DNA of 64,000 nucleotides from Haliotis rufescens (Eukaryota), in NCBI RefSeq assembly GCF_023055435.1, contig NW_025963879.1:15438001-15502000 (forward strand), in the 5' to 3' direction. Of this stretch, positions 24,334 through 37,042 are shown piece after piece (position 1 is the stretch's first letter; every line of letters begins with the position of its first letter). A program made the translations under genes and the position numbers. The notes beneath the pieces are model-generated. The model did no database searches. It was not told the DNA's origin and worked only from the letters and a program-made list of their open reading frames with translations.

Positions 24334-27300
24334 TATTTAAGTAAATGAGCAATGGTGTGTTTCATTTTAGATAACCGTTTTATGTCGTTAATGTATTGAT
24401 GACTATTTGACTACTGAACATTGACATGAGTGTTTGTTCATAAAGGCATTTGTGTCTATCAAGCATTAAATCAAGGGAGTCACAGGTAATTCGAAACATG
24501 GTCTGATATGGCTTAAGAATTACCGTATTAAAGTTGTTTTAACACGAAATGCACACACGTGATAAGCTGGTGAAGCACTATATAACAAGGCAAACTATCA
24601 AATACCATTTAGTACAACATTTATTCCAAAAGGTTATATGTGATAACAAATTTGTAACTTCATTGATGCAATTGACAGCCATACGATGTATTAGTAAAGT
24701 ATTGTATTTGATACGAAGATGATATATTGTCGACGAATAATCACGACACTGGACTGTTTGGATGCAACAGAATCCTGGTAGGTGTGGTGTTTCATTTTGA
24801 TTGGATCTATTGAATATTAGTCGCTGTTCAGGCGTATGTCTTTGTAACATTCATAGAAGAATACATGGTAGATATACACTGCTCCCAGTCCTCACCAGTG
24901 TATGTTTGAATCAGATATAAAACGTAAACATGAAATAAAAAACATAGAAGGCCATATGATACCTTTGTGAATAGTATTTGCTTTACATTTCTTCACTAGA
25001 TATTAGTATACTTTCTTTTTGTCGGAGCATGGTGAATATATAGAAGAACATTTGGCGCAGGTTGCCAAACCATGCCGCTCTCCGGGCAGACGCTCTATCC
25101 ACTAGACCATAGAGTCAGTCTGAAATTATAAAGTTTTATAATTAGGATTGAATGGATGTAGTCACTTTGGGCTTCATATGCAGCGAATTCCAGCTCATGC
25201 CATGAGCGTTCTTGACATTGCTAATACAATAATGCTTTTTATGGATCCTTTTCGAAATAGTTTTTTACCATCACTGACACTGATAACATCCTTTGGAAGT
25301 GTCTTGTGTGAATAAATCCCCTTTTCATGCGTGTTGGTTTATGATTTGACAATACAAGAAGGATAAAAAGTACAGGGGAACATGACCGAGGACCTTTTTA
25401 TCCCCGGGGGTCAGGTAGGGTGTTGGATGGGTGAGGTTAGGGTGGTGGGTTGGAGTGGCTGATGAATAGTTATCTCAAAGTTTACAGAACTCTTGATGTA
25501 ATTTACTGGCTTTACCCATAAACAGCGTGAACATGGCCTGGCACTCCAAAACTAATTACCAAGCAAAAACAATTCTTTTGCTCCTAGCTTCAGAAAGTGT
25601 TTCATATTTTCAAGCACTGACTGAAAATAATAACCTGTCTCAACCACCACCACTACCACCACCACACCACACCACACCCCTCATATTAAATAATCCCTAA
25701 GACGTACATTTAGGTATTGTGGACGTCTGTCTGAAACTGTTTACGTGTTTCAACACGACGTCACGACAGACCTTAACCCGCAAACATGACCAGCAGTGCT
25801 CCAGCACTGACCCTTTCTACGTGACCTATTCACGCCTGGTTATTGAGCAATAATTTTGGCTACAGGGCCTTTCGGCATTGCATCCCCTAGCGTGCGAGCT
25901 ATTTGCAGTCTAGAAGTCCCACAGAACGAGCTGTGACATGAGCTTGTTTTGAACATGACACAGCAAATGTACAATGAAACCTTTCTTCATGCGTGCATAG
26001 AGATGACTACACGAGCGTCTGTCAAATACCATGTCTCCTACTACGTGTTGTTTCAAAACGTATCTTACGGGCGGAAGCGAGACACGTTTTGATACAACGG
26101 GTTGTAAGATAAATAGTATTTGACAGGCATGAGTGCAGTAATATGTTTCTCACACATTTTACACCATTTTAGCATCGAATCGATGCATATATTGTCTGTT
26201 CTCGCATTGGCGCATTAATACGGCTTGGTATTGAGTGAGTGACGGCTTCCGGCTTAAAGCTCTCTTCTGGTGTGATCCTCCACAAAAAAATCCGTTTCAG
26301 TCATATCTATTAATTATCAAGTCGATAATGATAATGCAGTCTAGATAAAATCAAAGAACATATATTTAATACTATAAAACCATAATGGATCGACACAGAC
26401 TAGGTGAATTCGGCTGAAGAACGAGAAACATATCTATGAATTACAATCAGAACAGACGTCCGTCAAAATCTGACCATGGAGTAGCCAGCCACGGACCTGG
26501 AACTCGATCTCACACATATGTTTGATACCAGTTATCTCAAATGGGTTTCTCACCCACGGGTGTGTAACATTATTCCAGAATGACAATTTTCATAAGTATA
26601 ATCTAATATTGTGTACACACATAATAACAACATTTCAGTATTTGTTTACATTAATGTATTCTTGATAAATCAAGATATCAATCTCGCTTTCGAAGTGCCC
26701 TCTAAAACAGCTGAAAAGTAATGTTGGGACACATTAGTGATTAGATAAAACGTTTCTACGCACAATTCGTAATTGATTATAATTACATGCTAATTGTTTA
26801 GATTAATTCTGAGCCTGAGTTATTTTGTTTAAAACTGAAGATTGCGTGGTTTATATATGTTACAAAAGACAGTAAATCATCTCAATTACTTCTATACAAC
26901 GTCATATAATGATATATTATTACAAAGAGCGCACTGTGTAATGACCTGTATGTTATTGCGTAATATCAGTTCACATTGGGAGCCATGTACAAACTATAGC
27001 GTATTCTGAGAGTAATTCGATAATACATGAACCATACTTAGGTTCATTTCTACCTTGCTTGATCATTAAAATAAGAGCAGTGGAACTTTCCTTTCAAAAT
27101 TATTGAAGCGAACCTGGCTTTTCTCATCGGAAATAAAACACAGTACCATGGCTAAGTATGTAATTGTTGTAGTGGTTTTGCTCACTAACTACATTTGATT
27201 ATGTCTTAAACAGAGGTCAGGCGTTACTCGGGCTTGTTCAAGTGTTAGTTCCTCTATTGATCAACATGTCAAGGCTTACCACTGAACACTATCACCAATG

Positions 27301-27849
27301 TAACTGTTTCCCAAAATAGAGCTTCTTTGATTTATCAGAGATTATTCCACAGAAGCGCCAGTTTGGAAATTTGACACTGAGTCCAAACTGTTTACCAGGA
27401 GACTTTCAAAGACTGTGTCAGTTTGCAAAAAATAATTATAGAAATTACTGTTCTTACTGCATTTCATTGCCCGTACTTCATATGTACAAACAAGTGCTTG
27501 AGCAAGACGTGAGACGGAAAGAGTTAATCAGTACAGTAACCTGTATTTTTTTGGAGATCAAAATGATACAAAACATATTATGGTTATGAACATTGTAAAA
27601 TACAAGTCGGAAAGATGACGTAGCACTCTCTTACAGTTGTGAAACAGTCATGCTGGGACGTCATGGCAGAATGCCACATGCTTGCGCGAACACTGAACCA
27701 CTTTGTTAGCTGAATATAGAGAAAATAATTACATATACATTGTTCTGATGAATATTAATACATCTGAATGTAAAATTGGTATGATATTTATGTCGCAATG
27801 CCAAACTATTGTAAACTTGCATTATAAAGAATTAAGATAACATTGTTCT

Positions 27850-28505
27850 TGTGTATTCCGCTGACCCTTTGGCCAAGAAGTTTAACTTAAGCTTCACGTA
27901 TATCGATGATCTGATATCGTTCAATAACAATCAAAAAGCTAATTCCTTTCCACTGATTTACCCTCCTGAACTAGAAATAAAGGAGACCAGTGAGACCGCC
28001 TCATCTTTTTCATGTTCAGATTTGTTCATAAAGATTCAGAGTTAAAAAACACTCTCCACAAGACTGTATGACAAGAGGGATGACTTCAATTTTCCAATAG
28101 TCAACTTTCCCTTCATGTCGAGCAATATTCCAGCAGCTCCAGCCTTTGATGTTTACATTTCACAACTTTTGAGATACAATCGAGCATGCTCCTTCGATCA
28201 AGAGCGTCATACGACTATTGCTCAGAAGTTGTTTGATCAAGGTTACACTATTCAAGGCCTCAATAATACTTTCAAGAGGGTTTTATGGGGGACATTTCCA
28301 AAATGGACGCACAAGTGGCAACAATGATGTCCGATGCAATTCCCCATTTTGACTTGTACCATGTATTCCCGTGCATTTTCAGGTGAACAATTGACTTGCC
28401 TTTGCATGCGTATTTGTGACGAGTGCCACCGATGGGGCAGGACACCTGGTGTCATTACTATTTGATAGTGATTCATAAACACTCATGGTTTTGTCGCTTT
28501 ATTTC
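27850..28505 (+). mobile_element. 5'-truncated Penelope-like retroelement (RT C-terminal half + 3' region), decayed
   Basis: YIDDL catalytic motif, YPPELEIKET, LYDKRDDFNFPIVNFPFMSSNIPAAPAFDVYISQLLRY. Contains frameshifts. Homologous to 41560-42590. Confidence 0.85.
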
Positions 28506-28515
28506 AAGTTTCACA

Positions 28516-28681
28516 GGGGCGGTCGGGTAGCCTAGTGGTTAAAGCGTTGGCTCGTCACGCCGAAGACCCGGGTTCGATTCCCGACATGGGTACAATGTGT
28601 GAAGCCCATTTCTGGTGTCCCCCGCCGTGATATTGCTGGAATATTGCTAAAAGCGGCGTAAAACCATACTCACTCACTCAC
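28516..28681 (+). mobile_element. Short tRNA-derived SINE (Asp-like head), near-consensus copy
   Basis: GGGGCGGTCGGGTAGCCTAGTGG...GGTTCGATTCCC...(ACTC)n. TSD TCAASTTTCACA. Confidence 0.9.
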
Positions 28682-31647
28682 TCAACTTTCACAATACAGC
28701 TATAAGTGTACTACACTTATCTATTTGTCAACTTGCATCATAAACGTACTACAGTACATCAACTTCCCTTATTGTTACCTTGCACCTTACGTGTTCTACA
28801 CTTCCCGTTTTGTCAACTTTCATCATAAGTGTATTACTTTCCTTCGCAGATAAATGTATTTCTCTTCGCGTGTACAGTTGTGCGTGCGCTAGATTTGTCC
28901 TTTTGAGCTAAGCAAGCTTTCCCACGACTGTTGTTCCAAATCATGTTTCGGCACAATCTCAATCGATATGCTGTAATTGTATTTGCTACGAAGCATCTTC
29001 TTGTACACATCTTGGTACGATTTTTATTCGAGGGTCAACAAATTACAACGATGCCGACTCTTTGTTTTTTATCAGTGTACTATACAAAGTGTGCTTTCGG
29101 TACAGTTGTGTCCTAATAGTTCAAAGTTGAGTAGGATCAAATTAAAGTTATACCTAGGCATCAAACGAGAATGGGGGTGATAGTTTTGATAAAAAAAGGG
29201 CGAGGAAGTGAGCCGTATTTGTATTGAGCCACATGGCGATGCCGTATTTTCTTTCTGTCGGAAAGCCAAATATGTAGATTCGAACCCATACCCAGCGACA
29301 GCTCCCGGTGGTTATGTAAATTCAAATGCAATCCTTGAGTCACATATGAAAAATCACAATTTCGAAAACCACAGGGAACGCCATCATTGACCACTAGTCT
29401 GATAAAAAGCGATATATGTCACTTCTGAAACACTTTTAGATGTTCAAACGTCCTTTTTCATTTTCTCGGACTTTCACTCTTCAATACCATCATTGCGCCA
29501 TGCAACTCATCTTAGTGCATTGATTGTGTGACTTGCGATAGCAATTATACGTGTACATCAAATATATATGTCGACCTTTCTTTCTAAGGTCTATTTATGG
29601 CTCTGATCGTTAACTTAAAGAACACACGTAACTGCTTTGCCAATACATTGAACCTAGTTGGTGTTTGTGAAGTACCTTCCTCCTCTCTACGACTCCCAAG
29701 TCAACTAGTGTCTGATACCAAATATCTGCTGCATCCAACTTCGGCACGCACGCACGGACGTGCATTGATTTTCTCATCCCCAAGACCAACAGCCGTGGAT
29801 TCTTAGCGTTGCTGCTTCTTCAATTACTCTAATTTTACGAGGAAAAGACCTTTAGATCCTATGGTGGCTGGATAACGTTGACTACCCATGGGGAATCACA
29901 GCAAGCTTATTTACCAATCTGCATTCTCAGATTCAGAATCAATTGACCGTCCATAGAATATGAACAATGAACATTGTCAAACTCAAATACCAAATGTCAC
30001 CTTCAGGGTGAAAAGCAACTTCAAATCAGCCTGTGCCTCTTAAAACCATTGTTAAGGTATAACAAGTATTTCTTCAAGCCTACGCATTCTGTAACAGACG
30101 AGTCAACAAAGGGCATAGTACGAATTGATGTGCTTGGATATAAAAGACGCATTTAAAATGAAGGAGATTTTTCACACGAATGCATGATAATTATGGCTAT
30201 TTTCCGTGCAACGTGAAAGTTCCTGGGGATCGGAAAGAATGCAAAAAGGTTATAGGGCAGCCTTGCCATTTAAAATAGCTAATAAAGTTGGAATCGAAAT
30301 GTTAAGGATATGAAAGATATGTCAGTATGGCGTCTCTTGACATTTTCTGTCGAGCTAGCATAAAGCTACACGTCCACATACACATTAACACTAAAGTAAT
30401 GGATTGATCTTGTAAAACCTGAAACAACCCTATCAATTACATATCGGTGACTGACTGAAATTGTTGTAACAGTGCGTAATCATTTCATACACCTGCATAA
30501 TGGGTAGAGAAAGTTCTTGCACTTACATGTATGTCCATTTTAAATATATGCTCAGTATTAGTTATTTCTGCCTTCGTACGTGACATTTGAATTACAAATA
30601 ATTCAATTTTTAGGAGGTTTCTGTTTATGACTAATGTAATGGTCACCACCGGTCAACGATCGAGACCTTCGGTTTTCGTCCACGAAGATGTGATTATTTA
30701 TTATTTCATACACGTCTTGTGTGTAACAACTATGTATATTGTAAGATCAATTCGATGTATCATCTAATATTTAACAGTTTCAGATAGCTCCAGCGATCGA
30801 CTCAAATAGTCCCGCGATCTTAAGCTTCTTGCACGTACGTCATTAAAAGTTTTGTTGTTCATTCCGAGATTGTTTTATGCTTTAAATCCACTGAAGTAAA
30901 AATGTGTATTCTAAAATACTTACATAAACACCTTTCTTGACATGTTATTTGGTAGATTACATCCATTTAAATTGCTGTCACCTTTAATAGTTGGTGTTTA
31001 ATCGCATTCTTCTCGCTCGCACGTTTGGCATCTTCTGCTACATGTAAGTCCGAATTGATGTCACTTTGTAATTATAATCTCGTTCCAAATCAGGTGCAGA
31101 AATAACAGACTCAATGTAAGTTGTAGTTTTTGGCCCTGCGAGTTTTAATGTTTTTATAATGATTCCATAGACGTCCATTACAGTTTTTATAATAATTACC
31201 ATGCAGCATACAAGTATTACTGGCTTTGCCTTTGTTCGTCAGAATTATTTCTTTTTAATTTGATTAATTAATATAACTAAAATTTGTAGAAATAAATAAT
31301 CTTACTGTTAAAACTGACAAGCGTTTATTAGCAAGTAGTTCAATATATGTTGCAAGTGTAACTGTCAACAACAAGTACAAATTTCCATTGACTTTTATTA
31401 TCTGTACGAGTTTTCTTTTATATCCGTTTTTCACAATATCTTTTTGAAACCATTTTTCAATTATTAACTTGATATATATAAATTGAATTCCAAACATTGT
31501 TATGGTTAATTTCATCACATTGTGACTGAAAATTATAGTCAGTAAACGAAAACTAAAGTCAGTGTGTGTTATTTATGTGTTGGCTTCAAATACTTGCATA
31601 TTTAGTCTATTGTGAATATACACATGCCATAGCCTATTAACATCTTT

Positions 31648-31880
31648 CAGGCAGGGGTGGTCAAGTCGTCTAAGGCGCCAAAATTCGCAGAGTTGCGTCC
31701 CTTGGGCATGCCAGAAACGTATAATTGTGGGTTCGAATCCCGGTTCGCCTCGGTTATGTTTCTAGCACCATACCCGTGCTCGGCGGTTTCACCAAAGAAG
31801 AAAACGTCTGATACCTGCATCACTTCGAACGTTCCTCCCATATAAAGCTGACACGCGTGATATAACTGAAATACTGTCAA
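31648..31880 (+). mobile_element. tRNA-derived SINE with Leu/Ser-like (long) head
   Basis: GGTGGTCAAGTCGTCTAAGGCGCCA ... GTGGGTTCGAATCCC. Body shared with 42235-42432 and ~55990-56228. Confidence 0.75.
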
Positions 31881-32749
31881 AAATAACATAATATAATATA
31901 ACATCAGCACCTTGCGAAATACAATGTTGTTAGTAGCCAGATTACAGATATTATTCACATCATTGCGCAATCACACCTTGATCTATCAACATGCAATCCA
32001 CAATCACTGAGACGAAGCCTACAGCTGTGGCCAGAAGGTTTGCCTGGACACACGTTTTGGAACATCTGGGCTCATCATGCGATGCGCCAGGCCTGGTCAG
32101 TGACATTTGTCATAATGGTATAAGTCATCTCAGATAAATGAAGTGTGTTACCCTAGAGCTGAGATTATATCCTATCACTCTGTAAGACTGTCTGGCAATG
32201 AAGAAACCTGTCAATTCCCATAGTCCTACATATTGCTACATTGACAGACATTAAATTTTATCAAATGTGGTCCTCTCGATTCTGTATCTTCCAACGCGCA
32301 TATTCTGTTCCTATTCAGGCTTAAATGGCATTGCTGTTCGACTTTGACCATGGTTAAAAATTGCACGTCCTAATATCATCACGACGTCTTACAAAGCTCA
32401 ACGTGGTGAATTGATGTCAACGTTTTTAAAGTATACTTATAAGACGTTATTTCGCTTGATGCCTGACTATCATATAACGGGGGAAATGACGACCTTTACT
32501 TACAGATTTGGTTTGTTTGCTCTCAAATAAAATAACAAATAAAAGTTAATCTAAATAGTATAGCTCCTAATCGCAGACAGCGGTCGGAATCAAATACGTC
32601 CTATTTACAAGAATGGATATGGACTGTAGACTTACTAAACGTGATAGTACGTGGTTCTGTGTTAAAATCGCGGTGGCCACAAATCAGGTGAAGTTCAGCA
32701 ACGTTGATCGCGGAGAGTAGTTGGATGGCAGCTTGGCTACTGACTGTTT

Positions 32750-33400
32750 TTTCAAAAGTTTTTATTCAATTCAAATTTAAGCTGGCTACAGGTGTCCAAC
32801 AATGTTTACAAATGGTGAAACTGGCATTCTACATTTGCCATGTTTATTAACTAAGTGTGAAGCTAAATCCTTACAGCACATAAGTGACATATTAACTAGA
32901 CAATTCATTTGCCAATTTTCTCCATTTTCTGTCAAACTGTCTAATTGTATTGTTTTTGTGTGCAATTGATTTCTCTATCCGAAATATATCAAGTCTTCAG
33001 AAACTTTTCAAGTGATAATTTGTTTTTCTTAATACTTGACACATGTATATATTTTTTACATGCCAGTATGATGTGATTAAACAGAATGTTAGAGTTGTAC
33101 CCAAGTACATGAGAGCATTTTGTAAATGTAAATTGTTTTGAATATTTTGTATTCAGAAAACATTCAACTTTAGCCCAAAACTCTTTAACATGCTTACAAT
33201 CCCAATATACATGAAGCAAGGATTCAGTATCAGTTTCACAAAATGAGCACAGAACATCATCGAGAATTTTCACTTTAAACAATTCTTTCTTTGTATAAAT
33301 GATGCGATAAATAAATTTATATTGAAGATCAAGTAATTTTACATCTTTTGTACATTTTCTGTATCTGATAAAACCATCCTGATAAATCTAAGTCGAGAAT
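32750..33400 (-). mobile_element. 3' end of non-LTR retrotransposon ORF2 (L1/Tx1-like zf-RVT region)
   Basis: CSFCETDTESLLHVYWDCKHVKEFW (CxxC..E..H..W.C zinc knuckle), N.IIL.CKKYI, then AATAAA and an A-rich tail at ~32750-32766. Confidence 0.8.
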
Positions 33401-33429
33401 GGTATCCCATTTGCTGTAGTTATAGTCTT

Positions 33430-33730
33430 ATCATAAGATACTGAATGTTTCCAGGGCTTTGGTCCTGCCCCACACTGAAACACATGTAGCACATGTGGTG
33501 TCTCCTCGGGTACGTGTAAGTGATTTTATTTAAAATATGCCTCTGTCCGCCCAACAGCTAATGGGTACACGGTGAGAGAAGATGGTGATGTGACATGGTT
33601 TGTATACGGCCCAGGGATCTTGGAATCAAAATCGAGTGCACACTGATCAAATGTCGGGGAATTGATCTATTTCTGGTCTAAGCGCCTTTGAAAAGTAATT
33701 GGAAAGTGCGCTACAAAAAACATAATTTTA
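33430..33730 (+). mobile_element. Degenerate CORE-type SINE remnant with L2-like tail
   Basis: TGCCTCTGTCCGCCCAACAGCTAATGGGTAC (CORE-like) and TAAGCGCCTTTGA...AAGTGCGCTACAAA (L2-type 3' end). Confidence 0.5.
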
Positions 33731-33746
33731 TATAATGCATCCTTTA

Positions 33747-35261
33747 TCTACAACTCAAAACGTTTGCTGAGATAATACGTCAAATTGTGTGCATCTGTTT
33801 AAATAGCCAAAGACAATATTTCGTGAACACTTGTTTAGTGAACAAAGGTCCGTTGTCATGTGCCACACAATGCCAACAAACAAAATGTGACCAATAATCA
33901 GTCAGATCACCAGTATCTACCCCAAACTGAAACGTAAAGAAATCAGGAAAACAAATTAATTGTCCAACAAGACAACTCTCAGTAGCTCATATGTGATCCA
34001 CGTGATGCGATCAAAGTCTGGAATCGTCTTCTTATGCTCCCAATAAGTGTCTGGATGGTTGACAAGATTGTTCCACTCTTCAGTAAGATCATTGCCGAGT
34101 TCCTGTGGAGTTGCCGGAAGCACAGGGCGTCGTGAGAGAGCGATCTCCAGCTCGTTCCACATGTGTTCGATAGGGTCGAGGTCTGGTGACCGGGCTGGCC
34201 ATTCCATGAGGTCAATGGTCTCTTGCTGTAAGTAGGCATCAACGACCCTGGCACGATGAGGTCGTGCGTAATCATCCATGAGGATGAAGTCCGGTCCGAT
34301 TGCTCCACCATAAGGTCTCACGTACACATCCAGAATGTCATCCCTGTAGCGTACACCTGTCATCGTGCCCCGCTGTAGGACATGGAGATCGGTTCTTCCA
34401 GCTCAACTAATCCCACCCAAACTGAAGATTGAACTCCCTCGTTAGCGGTAATGTTCGACTTCGTTGGAATTCTGAAATCTTTCTTCTTGTCTACGCCAGA
34501 CTCGGCCACGACGATCTGTGAAGTCTTGACAGTATCTACATTCATCAGTGAAAAGTACTGGAACCCTGTCCAAACGTGCCTGCCTTTGGTGTCGGGTCAG
34601 TTGGATGCGAATGCATGCCCTCCGTGAGACCAGCCTCACGGAGACGATTACGCACTGTCTTATTTGAAACGTTAACGCCACTGGCGTTGCACATGTGATT
34701 TCTGAATGTGGAGGCAGTCACGAAGTGATGACGTCTTGCTGCAATCTTGCTGTAATCTTGCTGCAATCTTGCTGCTGAGAAACCTGTCTTGCCGCTGTTT
34801 TGTGGAATGCTGTCGACCACCTGCATGTCGCAGGGTATCTGATCCCAACATCTAATTCCACCCCCACCTGATCACACTTTGGCCGACACCAAAGACGTTT
34901 GCAACGTGACGGTGTGTCGACCCAGTTTCAAGCATGCCTACGCATCTGCCTTTGATCGTCACTGACGTCTTTGACGCTGAGGGGGGAATAAGTGCATTCC
35001 GTTGTTGAAATCATCAGCAGCAAATGTTGTTGTGTTCTCCAATAATGATGTGCAATGATTCTGTCACGATACCTCCAAACAGGTCTTTTTCAAGCACCTC
35101 GAGCACATCGTGCCCATGACTGCATGCCTCTGTCTGTTATCATGAAACTGGGGTCCTAGAGGGGTTAAACAATCATTTCATACCGGGATATTTCAAACTT
35201 TATTTTTGGGATCATTTTTAATATCATCAAAACTTATCCTTAGCAAACTTTGAGTAGGATA
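33747..35261 (-). mobile_element. Near full-length Tc1 DNA transposon, transposase pseudogenised
   Basis: Frameshifted segments TVRNRLREAGL, VLFTDECRY, FILMDDYARPHRA, WPARSPDLDPIEHMW. Imperfect TIRs ~33747-33775 and ~35233-35261 (CTCAAA..GTTTGCT..GATAA). Confidence 0.9.
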
Positions 35262-35410
35262 TAACTTCCTTATCCATAATCAGAATTCATATTTCATTGC
35301 GTCATACGGATTTTCTTTTAAAATCGGTTAATGTGGTGCAGACAGTCTCACTGTTATTTCCAGCGAAACCATAACAATCCACGTATTGGTAGGTGTTCCC
35401 GTAGTGTGAG

Positions 35411-35570
35411 TGAGTGAGTACTCTTTTAACGCCGCTGTTAGCAATATTCCAGCAATATCACGGCGGGAGACACCAGAAATGGGCTCACACATTGTACCCA
35501 TGTCGGAAATCGAACCCGGGTCTTCGGCGTGACTAGCGCACGCTTTAACCACTTGGCTACCCGACCGCCC
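35411..35570 (-). mobile_element. Short tRNA-derived SINE (Asp-like head)
   Basis: Reverse complement of the 28516 family. Diverged TSD TTCCYGTASTGTGAG. Confidence 0.88.
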
Positions 35571-36619
35571 TTCCTGTACTGTGAGGAAGAGGAGTCACGT
35601 CCAATGGTCGGTTGACGGCGCGGGACATGCTGATACTACCAACCCCTGGTTTCTCTGGACCAGGCTCGGTTATTTGCAATGCTACCATGAAATAAATCGA
35701 TTAAATCACAATAAACCCCTCTGAATGAAACAGTCGATTTCACGGCCGCATCACCGTGTAAACTAATATTCATGGAATAGTACTTTTTTAGTCATTGTCG
35801 GTAGGCATATATAAATGATTAAGTCTACAATTATAGGTTACGAAATGCTAAGTTGAGGTAAATGCAATATTCAAAGAAAACACAACAGAAATCTACAAAG
35901 AGAATGTATTCTAAATTTTGGGGACAACAGAGAGCTTAGAATTGGGCGCCTTTCTATGCACGACTGTGACGTCATATCTTATGTGGGTGTGGGATGTGTG
36001 AGGGGCGGGCACGTTGATTCTAATAATGGTTAATGCTTCAATCTAATTCGATGCCTATGCCTATGTCAGCTCTACTCAACTCAACTCAATTCTACTCATT
36101 TTTCTCGAAGAAACGCCCACGGTGGTACATGAGATACAATTATACACAACTTTCAATATCTAACACATGGCAGCATTTAACAAAAATAAAGAAAGTAGAA
36201 TATGTAGACACTAATATATTTTTACTAATTGTATTATACACATGATTAAGAAATTAAGAGAGACATTTTGGATCTCTTACAATGTTAGAGGTCAAAAGTT
36301 TCTTAAAGTGAAACAGATTTGGAAACTAAAGATATTTTGCGATTTAAGTGATCATATCGCTGGTCGAGAAAAGCCGCACACCTAAATAAATAATGAAACT
36401 CATCTCCCACAATTACAATATCTAATTACTATATTTCAAGTTAACATTGGCGGCCTTCTATCGGATTATTCAGCCATCGACCGGTTTCAACGTGTAATAT
36501 ATGATTAATAGTTCCAAATTTTAATATAGGATAAATATTGATTTTGAGAGTAATAGATATTTTTCAAATGAAGGTTGATTCCTTTAGGTACGTACAATAC
36601 GATCTTTTAGAGCGTGAAT

Positions 36620-36985
36620 ATCCCAATATCCCTACAGAATATAAGAACAGCAATGTCTATCAAATATCTCTACAGTAGGGGAAACACTTGAATATAATCA
36701 CACAAATGTCAGTCCAATATCTCTACAGTAGGGGAAACACTTGAATATAATCACACAAATGTCTGTCAAATATCCCTAAAGTTGGGGAAACTCTTGAATA
36801 TAATCACAGCAATGTCTGTCCAATATCCCCAGGTTTGAGGAAACACTTGAAGATAATCACAGCCATATCTGTCCAATATCTCTACCGTTCGGGAAACACT
36901 TGAATATAATCACAGCAATATCTGTCCAATATCCCTACAGCTGCCGAAAACAATGAATATAATCACAGCAATGTCTGTCCAACAT
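36620..36985. repeat. 53-bp minisatellite, ~7 units, directly 3' of the GPCR
   Basis: CAATATCTCTACAGTAGGGGAAACACTTGAATATAATCACAGCAATGTCTGTC at 53-bp spacing (36671, 36724, 36777...). Confidence 0.9.
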
Positions 36986-37042
36986 TATTATTTTCGTGGA
37001 ATACTTGATACAATCAAAAACGTTGGTATATTTGTAGGATAT

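Noticed and set aside
26405-26445. Minimal hammerhead-like CTGAAGA-ACGA-GAAAC
   Set aside because: No convincing helix I/III with a correctly placed NUH cleavage triplet.
28516-28590. Functional tRNA-Asp gene (also tRNA-like heads at 8831, 16178, 16472, 31648, 46291, 50007)
   Set aside because: Acceptor stems are not intact, and each head continues into a shared body, microsatellite tail and TSD, so these are SINE heads.
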